Shown piece after piece: positions 25,781-39,680 of a stretch of 64,000 nt of DNA. Numbering within the stretch: the stretch's first letter is position 1; every line of letters begins with the position of its first letter. Position numbers and translations under genes: made by a program. This DNA comes from Callorhinchus milii (Eukaryota), in the NCBI RefSeq assembly GCF_018977255.1, contig NW_024704742.1:136960001-137024000 (forward strand), given 5' to 3'. Under the pieces are notes generated by a model. The model had not been told where the DNA came from. It worked only from the letters and a program-made list of their open reading frames with translations, and ran no database searches.

Positions 25781-27721
25781 CTGTATCTAAGCGTTTTGCA
25801 CTGTAATTAGAATTTCAAATACTGCTTGTTTTTTTCCTTAGGAAAGGCCAAGTAAGGGATGTGGTTTGTTCATGTAGAAAACTTATCTGATTTTCTAGAA
25901 TCTCAGAATGTTACAGTAAAGAAACAGGCCATTCAGCCTTTCAAGTCCACAATGGTATTTTTCTCCACATAAGCCACCTGATTTAACTGCCTAATCCTAC
26001 ATTATTCCTCTTTTTCAAGCAGTTGTCTCTTTCCCTTTTAAAATAATTTAGACTCTTCCTCAACAACAGTTTATGACAGATAATTCCACATTTCTATCTT
26101 CTCAAGTCTCTCTTGATAACTCTTAACCCCTAGTGAACAGGATAACACGTGGAGGAAAAACACCAGCCTAGACTTTGATGGGTTGAAATGTTCAATTGTG
26201 CTGTGACATTCAATTGGTGGATTTTACAAGAGAAACCAACGCAGACATTAAGATTTGAGTCAATGGACTAGAAAATGGCTTGACATTGGTCATCAGTACA
26301 CAACCCCCACATCCCTACTTAAGAAGCAGTACTGCTCCACCTTACACCTTCCTCCTGATTTTGGTGGCATCACAGAACGGAGTCAACTTTGCTTTGTGGT
26401 GTAATAGGAGCTCTGCAAGTGAGTCTGTTGAGAAAACAAAATCTCTTCCAAAGAATAATTTCAGGATAAGGAATAACCCCTCGAGGCATTGTCTCCATTA
26501 ATGTCACATAACCCTGGCTAAAAATTGTTTCCGAGTCGACTTTCTATAAATCACATCCTTCTCTCTTTTCCTCCCCCTCCCTTCCTTCCTACTCCTCCCC
26601 TCCCCTTCCCACCAAAAATATTCAGCTGCAGCTGTTATTCCTGGAGCAGAGAGAGTATCTAGTAGACGTTTAAAGTTCCAAATGGTTTTGTTAGAGTAAA
26701 TATTTCCATAATCAGGAATCAGTAACATCAAAGCATAAATTGAGGATTATCACCAGAATAAGGAGAGAATGGAAGATATTTTCTACACAGAGGCTGTTAG
26801 AATAAGGAATGCTTCCACCTCCCCCTTATCTTTCTGTCCAGTTAATACAATTCCAGTGCACATTTGTATAGCGCTTTTCACGTCAGAAAGACATGCCAAG
26901 CTGCTTAGAGTCCAGGGGGTAAGTTGGGGTCCAGATTTTCTCCTTCACCCCCAAATCCCAGTCAAATAGCTTGCTGATCTCATTGTTGTGTACCGTCTCA
27001 GAGAGAAGGGGCTGTATTCAGTGCTAAACTGTGAAATTAAATTAATATATCCCCACCTCGCATATCACCAAGGGAAAGTGGAGGAAGCATGAGGTTCCTG
27101 ATTTTCACCTATTGTCTCTCTCTGGCAAGTCATCTTAGATACTTGTCATGTACAGTAATGGCTACAGTATGCTGATAAAGCACCCATTATACCAATTGGC
27201 TCAGTTGGTAGAAGTAGGTTAGAAGGTTGCCAGTTGAAGCAGCAGGACTGTGTTCACAGGCTGGTCTAACACTAGAACCCTTCATTGTCGGAAATCCTTC
27301 TGATGAGATGCTAAACCAAGGTCCCATATGTGTTTCTTTAGATGGACTTTAGAGATCCCTTAACTCTAATAGAAAGTCATGTCCTGGCCAAAACTTCTCC
27401 TGATCATTCGGTCATTCACCTTATGGCTATTTGTGATAGCTTTCTATGCATAACATGGCTGCTATTTACTTACAAGACCAGTTTGTACACGTGGCAGTAA
27501 TTACTTGTGAAGCACTTCAAGATCTTTTGACACAATATTTCAAATATTTCTGAAGCCCAAAGGCATTGAATTGACATCATGTGAAGAGCAGAAGGGCCGT
27601 GTGTCAGTGCCAAGGCAGCCCAGACTGTGCAGGTCGCTTGCTTTCCCAGTGATCAGGCTCCAGCACAAGCTGGACAAGAGTGATGAGATAGCTCTGAATA
27701 GCACTGGCACCTAACTCAGCG

Positions 27722-27886
27722 TGTGTATATGGAGGCTATTTACATGTGTATATGTATACTATGTGTACAGTGTGTGTGTATATGTGGTAGCTGTTTGTGT
27801 GTGTGTATATGTGTGGTATGTGTGATATGTGTACAGTGTGTGTGTGTATATATGTGGTATTTAAATAGTGTGTGTGCATGCGTGCG
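27722..27886. repeat. Degenerate TG/TA-rich simple repeat
   Basis: Runs of tgtgtg and tatatg. Confidence 0.75.
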
Positions 27887-28626
27887 TAGATTAGCATATT
27901 AAAATGAGCTGAGGATATCAGCAATATTTTCACATGCCACATATGCTCTTCAAGTGGTAGCAGAGCAGTGCTTCCACATTCCAGCCTCTCAAAGGCCAGA
28001 GCTCCAAAGCATAGCTATAAGAAACATTGATGGAATGACCTGGAGACTAATGAAGCAGTGCCAGCCACAGCGTGGGCCAACTGCAGCCAACAGCACAAAC
28101 GCAACCAAACAGCTCGCACCATCCAGTAGATAAAAGCAGAGATGAGAGAAGCTGTTTTGACTGGAACAGAAAAGGTTGTTAGGCGTCCTGATAGATAGAC
28201 TCAATTCTATGAGGGATTTGGTAGGTAAATTGAGAGAGATTATTACACAGTAATTAGAGGGTATATATTTAAGATCATTGTTAAAACTAGAAAATGGAGA
28301 AGTTAGGGGATATTTTTAAAGAAATTATTAATACAATACAAAATTCCATTTGTATAGCACCTTTCATGTCAGGAGCCCGTTCCAAGGCGCTAAGACATAA
28401 TCCATCTCTAAAAAGGCACACATAATTGAAAAGGAATATAAAAGGGAATGGGGGAAAGAGATGAGAGGGATAAACAGTTTAGAGAGCTGACAAAGACATG
28501 GACTAAATGTGTTTTAAAAAAAGATGATTCTATGAGTTAAACTTGCTATTAAACTGACTTGCGGTAAAGTGCTATGCTGTATGTGAAAGGTATTGTGAAA
28601 GTAGAAAACATAAAACCCCAGCTGGT

Positions 28627-29415
28627 CAGACATAAGAGCATAAGAATTAGGAGCAGGATTAGGCCATTCGGCCCCTCGGGTCTGCCCCGCCATTCGATAA
28701 GATCATGGCTGATCTATTCTGACTCCACCTTATCCCCATATCCGCCTTATCCCCATATCCCTTAATCCCTTTATCCACAAGAAATCTATCAACTCAGTTC
28801 TTGAATATGTTCAAGGACTAAGCATCTACAGCCCTTTGGGGTAGAGAATTCCATAAATTCACTATGACACCCAACACTACCTTTCCTCTTCTACCCTCAA
28901 CTCCACGACCCCCGATGTCCTGACAGCCTGCCCGGACGAGAGACAACTTTCTTCAGCTCAACGTGCACAGAACTGAGGCCCTCCTGATTGGCTCACGTCA
29001 GCGCCTCTGCACCTCAGGCGTTGACAGCATCAGCATCCAAGGCTGCACTCTCCACCTCTCAAAGCCGTCAGGAACCTCGGGGTTCTGTTCGACCCTGAGC
29101 TGTCCTTTCTTCCTCATATCCGCGCCACAACTGGCACCGCCTTCCATCACCTCCGAAACATCGCCAGACTACGGCACTACCTCACCCCTCACGCGGCTGA
29201 AACTCTGGTCCAGCCTCCTGTTTGTCCCTCATCCCCTCCACTCCACCATTGGATACTACATCCTTTTTCAATCCACGACTGTTTGTGGGACATTGCTGTG
29301 CGCAATTGGCTGCCGCGTTCGCCCACAAATATACAGTCAATTCACTTTACAGTGTGTTCTGTGAAGCGCTTTGGGACGTCCTCCCGACGTGAAAAGCGCT
29401 ATATCAAATGCAAGG

Positions 29416-29453
<38 letters not shown>

Positions 29454-31470
29454 CACCTCAAGGTTGGACTATGGGAACTCTCTCCTCGCCGGCCTTCCCG
29501 GCACCTCCCTCCACAAGCTGCAGGTCATTCAGAACTCTGCATCTCGTGTACTGTCCCGCACCAGGCTTCGGGACCACATCACTCCCACCCTCGCTCGCCT
29601 CCACCGGCTCCCCATCCCCCAGAGGATCGAATTCAAGATCCTCATCCTCACCTACAAGGCCATTCACGGCCTTGCTCCCTCCTACCACTCCGACCTACTA
29701 TCCCCCTACCTACCTGCCCGTACCCTCCGTTCCTCTGACTCCGGTCTGCTCCACATCCCTCGCCCTAACTGCCCTACTATCGGTGGCCGGGCCTTCAACC
29801 TCTCAGCCCCGAGGTGGAACTGCATCCTCCAGTGCCTTCGCCACTTCCTCCCTTTCCTCCTTCAAGGCCGGTCTCAAGACCTTTCTCTTTGACCGTGCCT
29901 TCATCTCCCCTCTCGACTCTCTACCCCCTCCGCGCTCCCTCCCTTCCCTCCCCTCACCCTGACCATTTCCCCCTTGCTCAGGTCCTGACCCAACTGTACA
30001 GCGCCTTGGGACGTCCTCCCGACGTGAAAGGTGCTCTATAAATGAAATCTTACTGTTGATGTTGTATCCGCTGAGTGAAGAAGTTTTTCCTCAACTCAGT
30101 GTGAAAGGGCTTACCCCTAATTTTAAGACTGTGACCCCTGATTATAGTTTCTCCAACCAGGGGAAAAAGTCTTCCACTATCTATTCTGTTGTGCCCCTTT
30201 CTAATCTTATAGGTTTCTATAAGATCACCTCTCATTCTTCTATATTCTAGAGAATATAGGCCTAAATTGCTCAACCTATCCTCATAACTCATCCCCTCAT
30301 CCCAGGTACCAACCCAGTGAATCTACATTGTACCCCCTCCAAGGTGAGTACATATTTTCTTAAATAAGGAGACCAAAACTGCTCCCAATACTCTAGGTGA
30401 GATCTCACCAGGGCTCTAGACAGTTGCAGCAAGACTTTTCTACTCTTATATTCTAACCCTTTTGTAACAAATGCCAACATACCGTTAGCCTTCCTAATTG
30501 CTTGCTGTACCTGCAAACTTTTTGTGACTGGTGTACAAGGACACCCAAGTGCCTCTGAACGCTAACACCATCTAGTCTCTTCCCTTCTAAAAAATAATCT
30601 GCTCTACTGTTTTTTCCACCTAGGTGATGACTTCACAATTCCCTACATTATGCTTCATCTGCCACCTATTTGCCCATTCACCTAGCCTATCTATATCACG
30701 TTGCATATTTTTAATGTCATCCTCGGTGTTTATTTTCCCTACTTCCGATGTCAGACTAACTGGTCTATAGTTCCCCGTCTTTTCTCTCCCACCCTTCTTA
30801 AATAGTGGTGTGACGTTTGCGATCTTCCAATCAATGGGAACCGTTCCAGAATCCAAAGAATTTTGGAAGATCAGACACAAGGCCTCCACTATCTCATGAG
30901 TTACCTCTTTTAAAATTCTAGGATGCAAACCATCAGGTCCAGGGGACTTATCACTTTTTAATGCCAACAATTTCTCTAGTACCAATTCTTTGCTAATGTA
31001 AATTTCCCTAAGTTGTTCCCTATCATTAGCCCCTTGGTTCATCTTTATTTCTGTTAAACTTCTTGTGTCTTCTAACGTGAAGATAGAGGCAAAGTATTTA
31101 TTTAGGGACTCTTCCATATCCTTATCCTCCATTATAATTCCTTCTGTCTCTGCCTATAATGGACCCACATTTACTTTTGCTAGCCTATTCCTCTTAATGT
31201 ATTTATAAAAACTCTTACAGTCTGTCTTAATGTTCCTAGCGAGCTTACCCTCATAATCCATTTTCTCACTCTTAATGAGCTTTTTGGTTTTCTTTTGTTG
31301 GTCCCTAAAACACTCCCAGTCCTCAGGCTTGCTACTCTTTTTGGCAGTTTTATAGGCCTTTTCTTTTAGTTTTAGACTTTCTCTAACTGCTCTAGTTAGC
31401 CACGGATGAACTGCTTTCCCTGTGGTACTCTTATTCCTCAAAGGAGTATGTGACCGACCTCAAGGGAATA
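28627..31470 (-). mobile_element. CR1 LINE with internal RT deletion and a nested L2+SINE insertion (28866-30064)
   Basis: KSPGPDGLHPRILKE, NYRPVSLT, QQAIRKANGML, RMRGDLIETYKI; cataag tail at 28630. Confidence 0.9.
28866..30064 (+). mobile_element. 5'-truncated L2 with nested SINE 3' half (~29265-29452)
   Basis: [23 protein letters not shown], 3' hairpin and ttg tail. Confidence 0.9.
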
Positions 31471-31941
31471 TGACCCAATGGGGCGTAAATCTGGTCCAGG
31501 GGGCCGGAATTTACGACTAGGTGTAATTACCACGCCAGAAAATATTGATATTTGCCGGTACCAGAGTTGTAATTGCTTGAATCTCGCGAGCAGAAAATAG
31601 CAAATAGGCTGATTCTGCTCACAGGATTCAAACTGAGTCAAAGATGATATTCCTGCCTGGCCACTGAAGGCCAACATACTGTACTGGTGAGGGATAGAAT
31701 TTTGAAAGACACTTAAAAAGAATTTTTTGTCCTCCCATTGAATTTAATCCACACAGAATATTGCTCGTCCTCATGCTGGGCTTGTTGATTTGTGACTGAT
31801 TCAGAGGAACAAGGTAAATGTCTTTCCCTAGGAGAATAGCGCCCTCATCACCCAAGTCTCTCATACTGCACTGTTCAGCAACATTTTCATCAGCTGAAGA
31901 GGCCAGCAGAGAAACACAAATATTTGTAGAGCCAACAGCAC

Positions 31942-33905
31942 CAACTTGCACTTATATAGCCCACTCCACGCTGGGTAGCATCTTAAGAGAGTTTAGCAGT
32001 GGTAGAGCATGACTCCGAGCTGGGAGCGGGTGGGGTCAGGTGACCATAAGTATGGTCGAAAAGAAAGGTTTTCCTTGAAAAAAGGGGAGAGAGGGGGCAA
32101 GGCGGAGGGATTGAAGGAGGATGTTCTAAAGCTTTGGGACGTAATGGCTAAAAGTGCGATCTTTGATGCTGGAACGGAGGGTGTGAGGGATGAGCAGGAG
32201 GCTGGTGCCAGTTGAGCAGAGGCGCTGGGTGGTGGATTGGGGAGTGAGGAGATCGGAGAAGTAGGGAAGTGCCAGGGAATGAATGGATTTGAACACAAGT
32301 GTGAGGATCTTGTAGTCTATCCATTTGGTGATGGGGAACCAGAAGGCCTGGGCCAGAACTGGTGAGATGGGGCTACAAAGTTTGGTCGGGATCAGTGTGC
32401 GGGCGGCAGAGTTCTGAATGAGCTCGATTTTTTGAATAGTAGAGCTGGGGAGACCGGCGAGGAGTGCGTTGGAGTAATCCAGGCGAGAGGTGACAAATAG
32501 GTGCACAAAGGTTTCAGCTGCAATGAGGTAAGGTACGGTCAGAGGCATGCAATGTGGTGGAGGTGGAGGCATGCGGCCTGGTTAGGGACTGGATGTGGGG
32601 GAGGAAGGACAGCTGGGAGTTGAACTGGATGCCTAGATTCCGCACTGGTTCAGTGAGATTGAAGGAGAGCCCAGGGAGGTTTAGGAGTTCAGACTGCGGG
32701 AGTGAAGACAACAACAACAACAACAACTTGGATTTATATAGCGCCCTCCACGCCGGATGGCATCTCAGAGCGCTTCACAGTAACGGATCCCAGGGCCGAG
32801 CCAGGGGGAGGGGGAGGAAGGTGACTAAAGCTGCGGTCGAAAAGAAAGGTCTTCAGCCGAGACCTGAAAATAGAAGAGAGTGGGCGAAATGAATGGAGTG
32901 AGGAAGGGAGTTCCAGAGCCTCGGGGCGTAGTGGCTGAAGGCACAGCCGCTGATGGTGGAGCGGAGGATTCGGGGGACAAGGAGGAGGCCAGACCTGGTG
33001 GAGCGAAGACGGGCACTGTTGTGAGGAGAGAGGAGGTCAGAGAGGTCGTGGGGGTGCAGAGTGGAGGGATTTGAAGACAAGGTGAGGATCTTGAAGTCGA
33101 TCCTCTCTGGGACAGGCAGCCAGTGCAGTCTGGCAAGGAATGGGGTTATCGGGGACAGAGTTTGGTGCAGGTGAGAATGCGGGCGGCAGAGTTTTTGATG
33201 ACCTGGATTTTGTGAATGATAGTGGAGGGAAGACCAGTGAGGAGGGCATTTGAATAGTCCAGCTGAGAGGTGACAAACGCATAGACCGGAGTTTCAGCGG
33301 CTTTTGGAGTGAGGTATTGGCGGAGACAGGCGATGCGTCGGAGGTGGAAGAAAGCGGTGCTGGTGAGGGACCGGATGTGGAGGAGGAAGGATAATTGTGG
33401 GTCGAACCTGACGCCTAGGTTGCGTACGGGTTCGGAGAGTTTTAGGAGGAGGTCGGGTAGGTGGAGGAGGTGAGACCCATGTGATTTTAGACGTTGACAA
33501 GGGCCTAAGAGTATGGCTTCCGTCTTGTCTACATTCAGCTGAAGGAAATTTGTGCTCATCCAGCTCCTGATGTCAGACAGGCAGGCTGACAGAACATCAG
33601 GGGACTGGGGGGTCGCAATGTGAGTTGGAAAAATAGAGGTGGGTGTCATCTGCATACATGTGGAAGTGTACCCCATGTCTGCGGATAACATCCCCAAAAG
33701 CGAGCATGTAGATCAGAAAGCGAGGGGGTCAAGGATGGATCCTTGGGGTACCCCACAGGTAACCGGATGGGAGCAGGAGGAAAAGCCGAAAGTGTTGACC
33801 GGAGCCAAGGAGCTCTGTCTCTGTGCTGTGGGTGGGGCGAAAAACAGACTGCAGGCGGTCAAGGAAGGAGTGGAGAGAGAGGTGTGACTGAAGTTGACTT
33901 CCAAT
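31942..33905 (-). mobile_element. Older L2 with a younger L2 (32709-33810) nested in the same orientation
   Basis: Two separate tails (~31942 and 32709), each with its own TS(R/Q)LDYSNALL segment; GVPQGSIL at ~33750. Confidence 0.85.
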
Positions 33906-35077
33906 GTGTTTTATATGCAAAAAAGACCCCAAAACAACTATTCAGCCTGGTCGATTGCTGGCCAGAAAACTCTTTTCCTTCAAGAACATAACATTTTACA
34001 AGAAGCATTTGATTAAGTGCAAAGATTTCAGCTACAGTTTGCTTCCGAAATTTTATGGTTTTTTTAAAAATCTTTCAAATAACTTCTGCAATTTGGGAAT
34101 TTTATATCACAGGAAACCATTCAGCCTATTGCGCCTGTTTAATGCCACTGCTCTGACTTTACTCCATATTTAAATTTTCATATATTTGCTTAAATACCCT
34201 TCCTATTAAGGAACCTTAAAACACTGCTCCCAACAGTGTTATAGAAAATGCAACCACAGTTGCACGATGCTATACATCTGTTGTGGTTTCCTCTTTCTCT
34301 CTGATTGCTGATTATTTGACAGGAAGTTAAAGTGGTTTGACAGGTAACAGTATACAAGCTGAGATATTTGCGGTGTCAGCATTAACATCATGTTGTATTT
34401 GATGTGGTTAGAAAACACTTGGCTCCATTCCAAAATGCTGTAACTCAGAGATCTTCAGAGCAGTCGCTTTTCTTTCCTAAGTTAGGAGAGCATGATGTAT
34501 AATTTCAGTTTTCGTGCTTTCAAAGAACCTGGTAACTCACAAGTAAATGATCAGACTCTGAATTACAGAACTGCTCAATTTATGACTGTTGGCGAGCTGC
34601 AGGATCAGACAGCCTAATTCCAGTACTGTCCGTCTGTAACATAGGAACAGGATTTAACTCATGTATATATTGTAGAATCATATAGAAAGAAGAGGCCACT
34701 GAATTTTGCTGATGCCAGTTCCTCCACTGGAACTATTCCCCCACTCTCATCCGTTTTGCCAACACAAGATACAGTCAATTCACTTTACAATATACTCTGT
34801 GAAGCCCTCTGAGAAGTCTCGAAGACGTAATAAAGGGCTATATCAAATGCAAAGGTTATTATTTCTTGGATCTTTTTCTGCATCATTTAAATTCCCTTTT
34901 AAAAGTTCACACCACAGCTTCAAAAACCGTGGTTACTTAAGTAGAGAAAAACACCAGGGCAGAATTGTTGGGGTGAATGACCTGTTTGTGTGCTGGAATA
35001 TTCTATTAACTTCTGTAGTTGACTTAAATCTCATGATGCTCCATTTTGTTCTATTTGATAGGCCTCTTTGTGTGAAG

Positions 35078-36309
35078 ATGGCTAGCACCTCTGACCTGAT
35101 CGGGATTCCATTCCCAGATCACAGCAGTGAACTCCTGTCCAGTTTAAATGAGCAGAGACAGAATGGTCTTCTATGTGACGTTGTCCTGATAGTAAAAGAT
35201 CAGGAATATAGGACCCACAGGTCAGTCCTTGCGGCCTGCAGCAAATACTTCAAAACTCTGTTCACTGCAGACACACTTGCCGACCAGCACAGCGTTTACG
35301 AGATTGACTTTGTCACACCAGAGGCGCTTTCTGCAATTCTGGAGTTTGCTTACACATCAACCCTTACCATCAGCCCGTCAGATGTCAAAGACATTCTTAG
35401 TGCAGCACAACTGCTGGAGATCCAGTGCATCTCCAAGGTCTGCATAGACATCATGGACTCGAGTGGTGACATCATCAGTGAGGGAAATGAACCAGTGGAG
35501 CCATCAACCCAGATAGAACTTCAAGAACATCTCGAACAAGAGGTTGTCAAAGAATCTCCCCAGGAAGACATCAAAGATCTTCCCCTAGACCCTATTAAAG
35601 ACCCTCAAGAAAATGTCCAAGCAGATTTTCAAAATGGTGAACATTGGATAAAAGATTACAATTTAGAAGGCACTTCCAATAAGCCTCATATGGATAAGCA
35701 CCACGCTGAACCACCAAGGGATATCCTGAATGAATTACTGATCGGTGAGGCTAGTGGTCGCTTGGGTCCTGTACATGATTTCTCCTTAGATTCTTTGTTA
35801 AATGGAGGAATAAATTCGAGAGCGAATATATTAGATAGGAGAAACAATGTGTCTCCATTGAGATCAAGATTTTTTCCTCCCTATTGGAATAGCAACTATA
35901 ATCCTTTCCCTTTGCTTAGAGAACACCAAGATATAGACCAGGTGCCTCTGAACTTGGTGGTAAAAAAGGAACAGATCAAAGAGGAGATCAAGGAAGATTT
36001 GCCATCAGCCACGAGCGCATGCGACTTTCTAAAGGATATGTTATTGCAAAGTAACCGGAACAACTTTGGAGCTGTAAAGGAGGAGCTTGATTTCCGTTCC
36101 TACCTGAGCATGTTGGATCCTTCATTCCTGGCAGCTGTCTACCCAACATGGACTCTAGAGGATGAGAAGAAGATGAGGCCAAAGGCATCTCAACAATGTC
36201 CCATTTGCAACAAAGTGATCCAGGGAGCGGGGAAGCTGCCACGGCACATGCGGACACACACAGGAGAGAAACCGTATACATGTAACATATGTGGAGTCCG
36301 TTTTACCAG
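35078..36309 (+). CDS. ZBTB7C: ZBTB7-family BTB/POZ zinc-finger transcription factor (ZBTB7C-like), coding exon 1: BTB domain, linker, ZF1 and first half of ZF2
   Basis: Acceptor tttgatag ends at 35061; aagATGg at 35078; [77 protein letters not shown]; phase-2 donor ccag/gttagt at 36309/36310. Orthology versus a close paralog is unproven. Confidence 0.93.
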
Positions 36310-37225
36310 GTTAGTAATGGTTTTGAGGTTCAGTTTGGTTCTTCTCTTTAGTGGGCATTCCATTGACGTTGTGTTAAATAATGAAAAGATATAATCAATT
36401 GGGAACTATTTGAGGACAAGAAAATATTCATTAACATTATAACTCGGGGTACAAAAGGGGAAGCCACAAAGAATGTTTTTCTCTCAGTGGAATCCTAGGG
36501 GTGGTTGTTGAAACAGAGTTAATTGGGCCATTTTTGTAGGGTGGGGGCAGCCACTTTTGTGGAAACCCATCATCATGCCAAACCAGCCAGACAGTTCCAC
36601 GTATATTTGCCACCCACACATGGAATAATTTTTTGCCCACAAAATACAATCAATTCACTTTACAAAATATTTTGTGACACACTTTGAGATGTCTCAACTA
36701 CCTGATAAAACTTTATATCAATGCAAGGATTGTTATTATTATAAATTTCCCTGTTTGGTATTTAAAAGTGAAGCGTGTGCAAAGGAAAATCACTGGATGG
36801 GTATGGTAAAGTTAAGGGAATTGGAATTAGGATAGATAGCTTGATCAATGAAGAAAAGACTAACATAAATAAAGTGCAGCCTTCTGTCAGTGTCGAGGGC
36901 GTTCTGAAACCTTACTTCTCTGGTGAAGGATGGTCTCTGACTTCAGCATGGAAATTGTGCAGGCATTTTAACTGATTGCGGGCATTTTGCAGATATTTTG
37001 ACTGAGTGTTGAAGCCATTCATTGACATTGACTGGCTGATTGAATAATGGGGGAGATTTCTTCCACATTTCATTGATCTCTCTACCCTTTCTCCCCTTTC
37101 TATCTAAAATTCTTTGCGACTTCCCCTTGTATAACCCTAGTTTAAATTGATATTCTCTTGTCCTCGAATAATTGCTAATCAGAAATCTCTACTAATATTC
37201 ACTGTTATCCTTAATTTGTTTGTAG

Positions 37226-37366
37226 ATCGGGGTATTAAGGGATATGGGGGGAAAGTGGGAAATTAGAATTGAAAAGATTAGTTGCAATACAGATCAGCCA
37301 TGGTCTAATTAAATGGCACAACAGGCTCGAAGGGCTGAATGGCCTACACCTGTTCCTATGTTCCTA
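37226..37366 (+). mobile_element. CR1 3' end
   Basis: aagggatatggg...gatcagccatg...gggctgaatggcct...(gttccta)2 tail. Confidence 0.75.
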
Positions 37367-37508
37367 AAGGGGAGAGTCCCAACGTTTCTCATGGTCTCGC
37401 CCTTCGGGCCACTGTTTTAAAGTTTGATCCCATATCATTATGAAACATCAGTATTCATTTATAAGCTGTTTTCCACAGTTCTTTAAAAGAACCAGATTCC
37501 AAATAAGG

Positions 37509-38132
37509 ACATAAGAACTTAAGAATTAGGAGCAGGAGTAGCCCATTCGACCGCTCGAGCCTGTGCCCCGCCATTCAATAAGATCATGGCTGATCTTCAG
37601 ACCTAACTCTAATTATCTGCCCTATCCCCATATCCCTTAATCCCTCTATTTTTTAAAAATCTCTCAGTCTTAGCCTTGAAGATGTTCAAGGACTGAGCAT
37701 CTACAGCTTTCTGGGGAGTGAATTCCATAAATTCACTACCCTCTGAGTGAAGAAATGTTTCCTCAACTCTGTTCTAAAAGGCTGACCCTTAATTTTAAGA
37801 CTGTGACCCCTGGTTATAGATTCTCCCACCGGGGAAACAGTCCCTCTGTGTCTACTTTATCAGCCCTTTAAGAATCTTATATGTTTCAATAAGATCTCCT
37901 CTAATTCTTCTGTACTCTGGAGAATATAGCCCTGGTTTATTCAGCCTATCCTCATTGGTCAGTCCCCTCATCCCTGCACCTACAAACTAACTCTTTGAGA
38001 CTGGTGTACAGGACACCCAAATCCCTCTGAACACTAACACTATCTAATCTCTCCCCCTCTAGAAAGTAATCTGTTTTTCTATTTTTGCTACCTAGGTGAA
38101 TAACTTCACACTTCCCCACATTAAATTCCATC
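37509..38132 (-). mobile_element. CR1 3' fragment with internal deletion
   Basis: Close match to the 3' ends at 13982 and 28627. Confidence 0.85.
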
Positions 38133-39264
38133 TGGATTAATCTGGATTAAGACTGGATTCATTAAATTTCCAAAATTCGACACAATCTTAAGTACAATGA
38201 TCTTAAAACTGAAACCTCATTAGGTCTCATGATAGAGAATATTTGTGTTAGCACTTTGCCAACCATTCATCTTCCAATATTTACTGGTATACTCCTGGGG
38301 CGGAGGGGGGGAAGCAGCGTCCTTTGGAACTGAACTGGTTTAGCAACGGATTGTCAGAATCAAACAAGCCTCTGTGATGGTCCCTAGTCCAGTTCCTGAG
38401 CCAGTCGTTATCAGATCTGTCATTATCAAGCTGAATAACTGCCTCCTATTCTTATATTCCTGACCAAGGATATCTGAATGTAATTGGAGCCCAACTGTTT
38501 CCTTCCTTCCCTCACCCCACTGAGATCAGGTATCTCAGCATAGAATGGAATTTCAATTTACAAGATTAAACCCTAGACCGAAACAGAAAGGTTTTCACCC
38601 GTTTTTTAATTTATGTAGGTACAAAAGAGAAATAAAATAATTTGCAGTTTGTCCAACAGAATTGATCCACACCAAGGTTACAGCACTGTCAGCTCCAGGC
38701 AGTAGGTATGAGTGATGGGGAGCTATATTAAATGCAGGATTATTATTTATTATAATTAACTCAAACTGAAACTCTTCTCCTTTTCTCCCTGCTCGGTGAT
38801 CTCCATCATCTCCGTAAAGCAACTTGAGACATTCATCAAGTTGTTCAGGCAGCAAAGGCAATATCTTAATAATAATCCCTCCAAACAAACAATAATAAAT
38901 TGGTCAGTTTCAATCCACCACTGTTTGTGGGACACTGCTGTGAGCAATTGACTGCCGCGATTTGCCCACAACTATACAATCAATTCACTTTTCAGTATAT
39001 TCTGTGAAGCTCTTTGAGACATCTAGAAGACGTGAAAAGCACTATATCAAATGTAAGGATTATTATTATTATCTTCTTTCCTGGGGGTTGTGGTGACACC
39101 TATCTGTGTACATGGGAACTTCACGGAGGCTGAACAGAATTCTGACTGCAAACCTACAAGATGCTTTCTGCTTCCTTTTCCTCTTTGTTTCTTGCTTTGC
39201 AATTTTCTTTTCCCTGAAAGCATTTGATTCCCTTTTTTGTTCTATGTTGTATTCGCCCTCTAAA

Positions 39265-39680
39265 TCAGCCTGGCTCAGTGAAATCACTCTCGCCTCAGTC
39301 AGCAGGTTGTGGGTTCAAGCCTAACTTTAAAACTTGAACTCAAACAGTCTAAGCTGACACTCCAGGTCAGTGCTAGGATGTGTTACATTTTTGGAGTAGC
39401 CATCCTTTGGATGAGATGTTAAAGTAGCTGCCTGTTCAGGTGGACGTTAAAAATCCCATGGCACTATTAGAAAAGAGGAGGGAGTTTCTCTCGATGTCTT
39501 AGCCAACAATCCCTTAAATAAAATTGGTCACTCACTCGATAGCTGTTTGTTGCTACTGTGAGTAAATTGTCTGTCACATTTGCCCACAAACACACAGTCA
39601 CTCTACTTCACAGTAAATCCTATGAAGCACTTTGGGACATCCTGCCAGCACAACATGCAAACATTATTATTATTATTATT
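39265..39680 (+). mobile_element. Old full-length Deu-domain SINE
   Basis: tggctcagtg and ggttcaagcc Pol III boxes; core gatgagatgttaaa...caggtggacgttaaaaatcccatggcacta; (ATT)n tail. Confidence 0.75.

Noticed and set aside
31478..31520. Short hairpin cgtaaat...atttacg at the CR1 5' junction
   Set aside because: Too short and imperfect to support a MITE or RNA call
34706..35077. N-terminal 124 aa of the 562-aa ORF
   Set aside because: Intronic read-through containing SINE sequence; the acceptor at 35061 and family homology put the start at 35078
36310..36394. Hydrophobic in-frame extension after the donor
   Set aside because: Intron sequence; splicing to 41502 completes ZF2 exactly, and there is no evidence for intron retention
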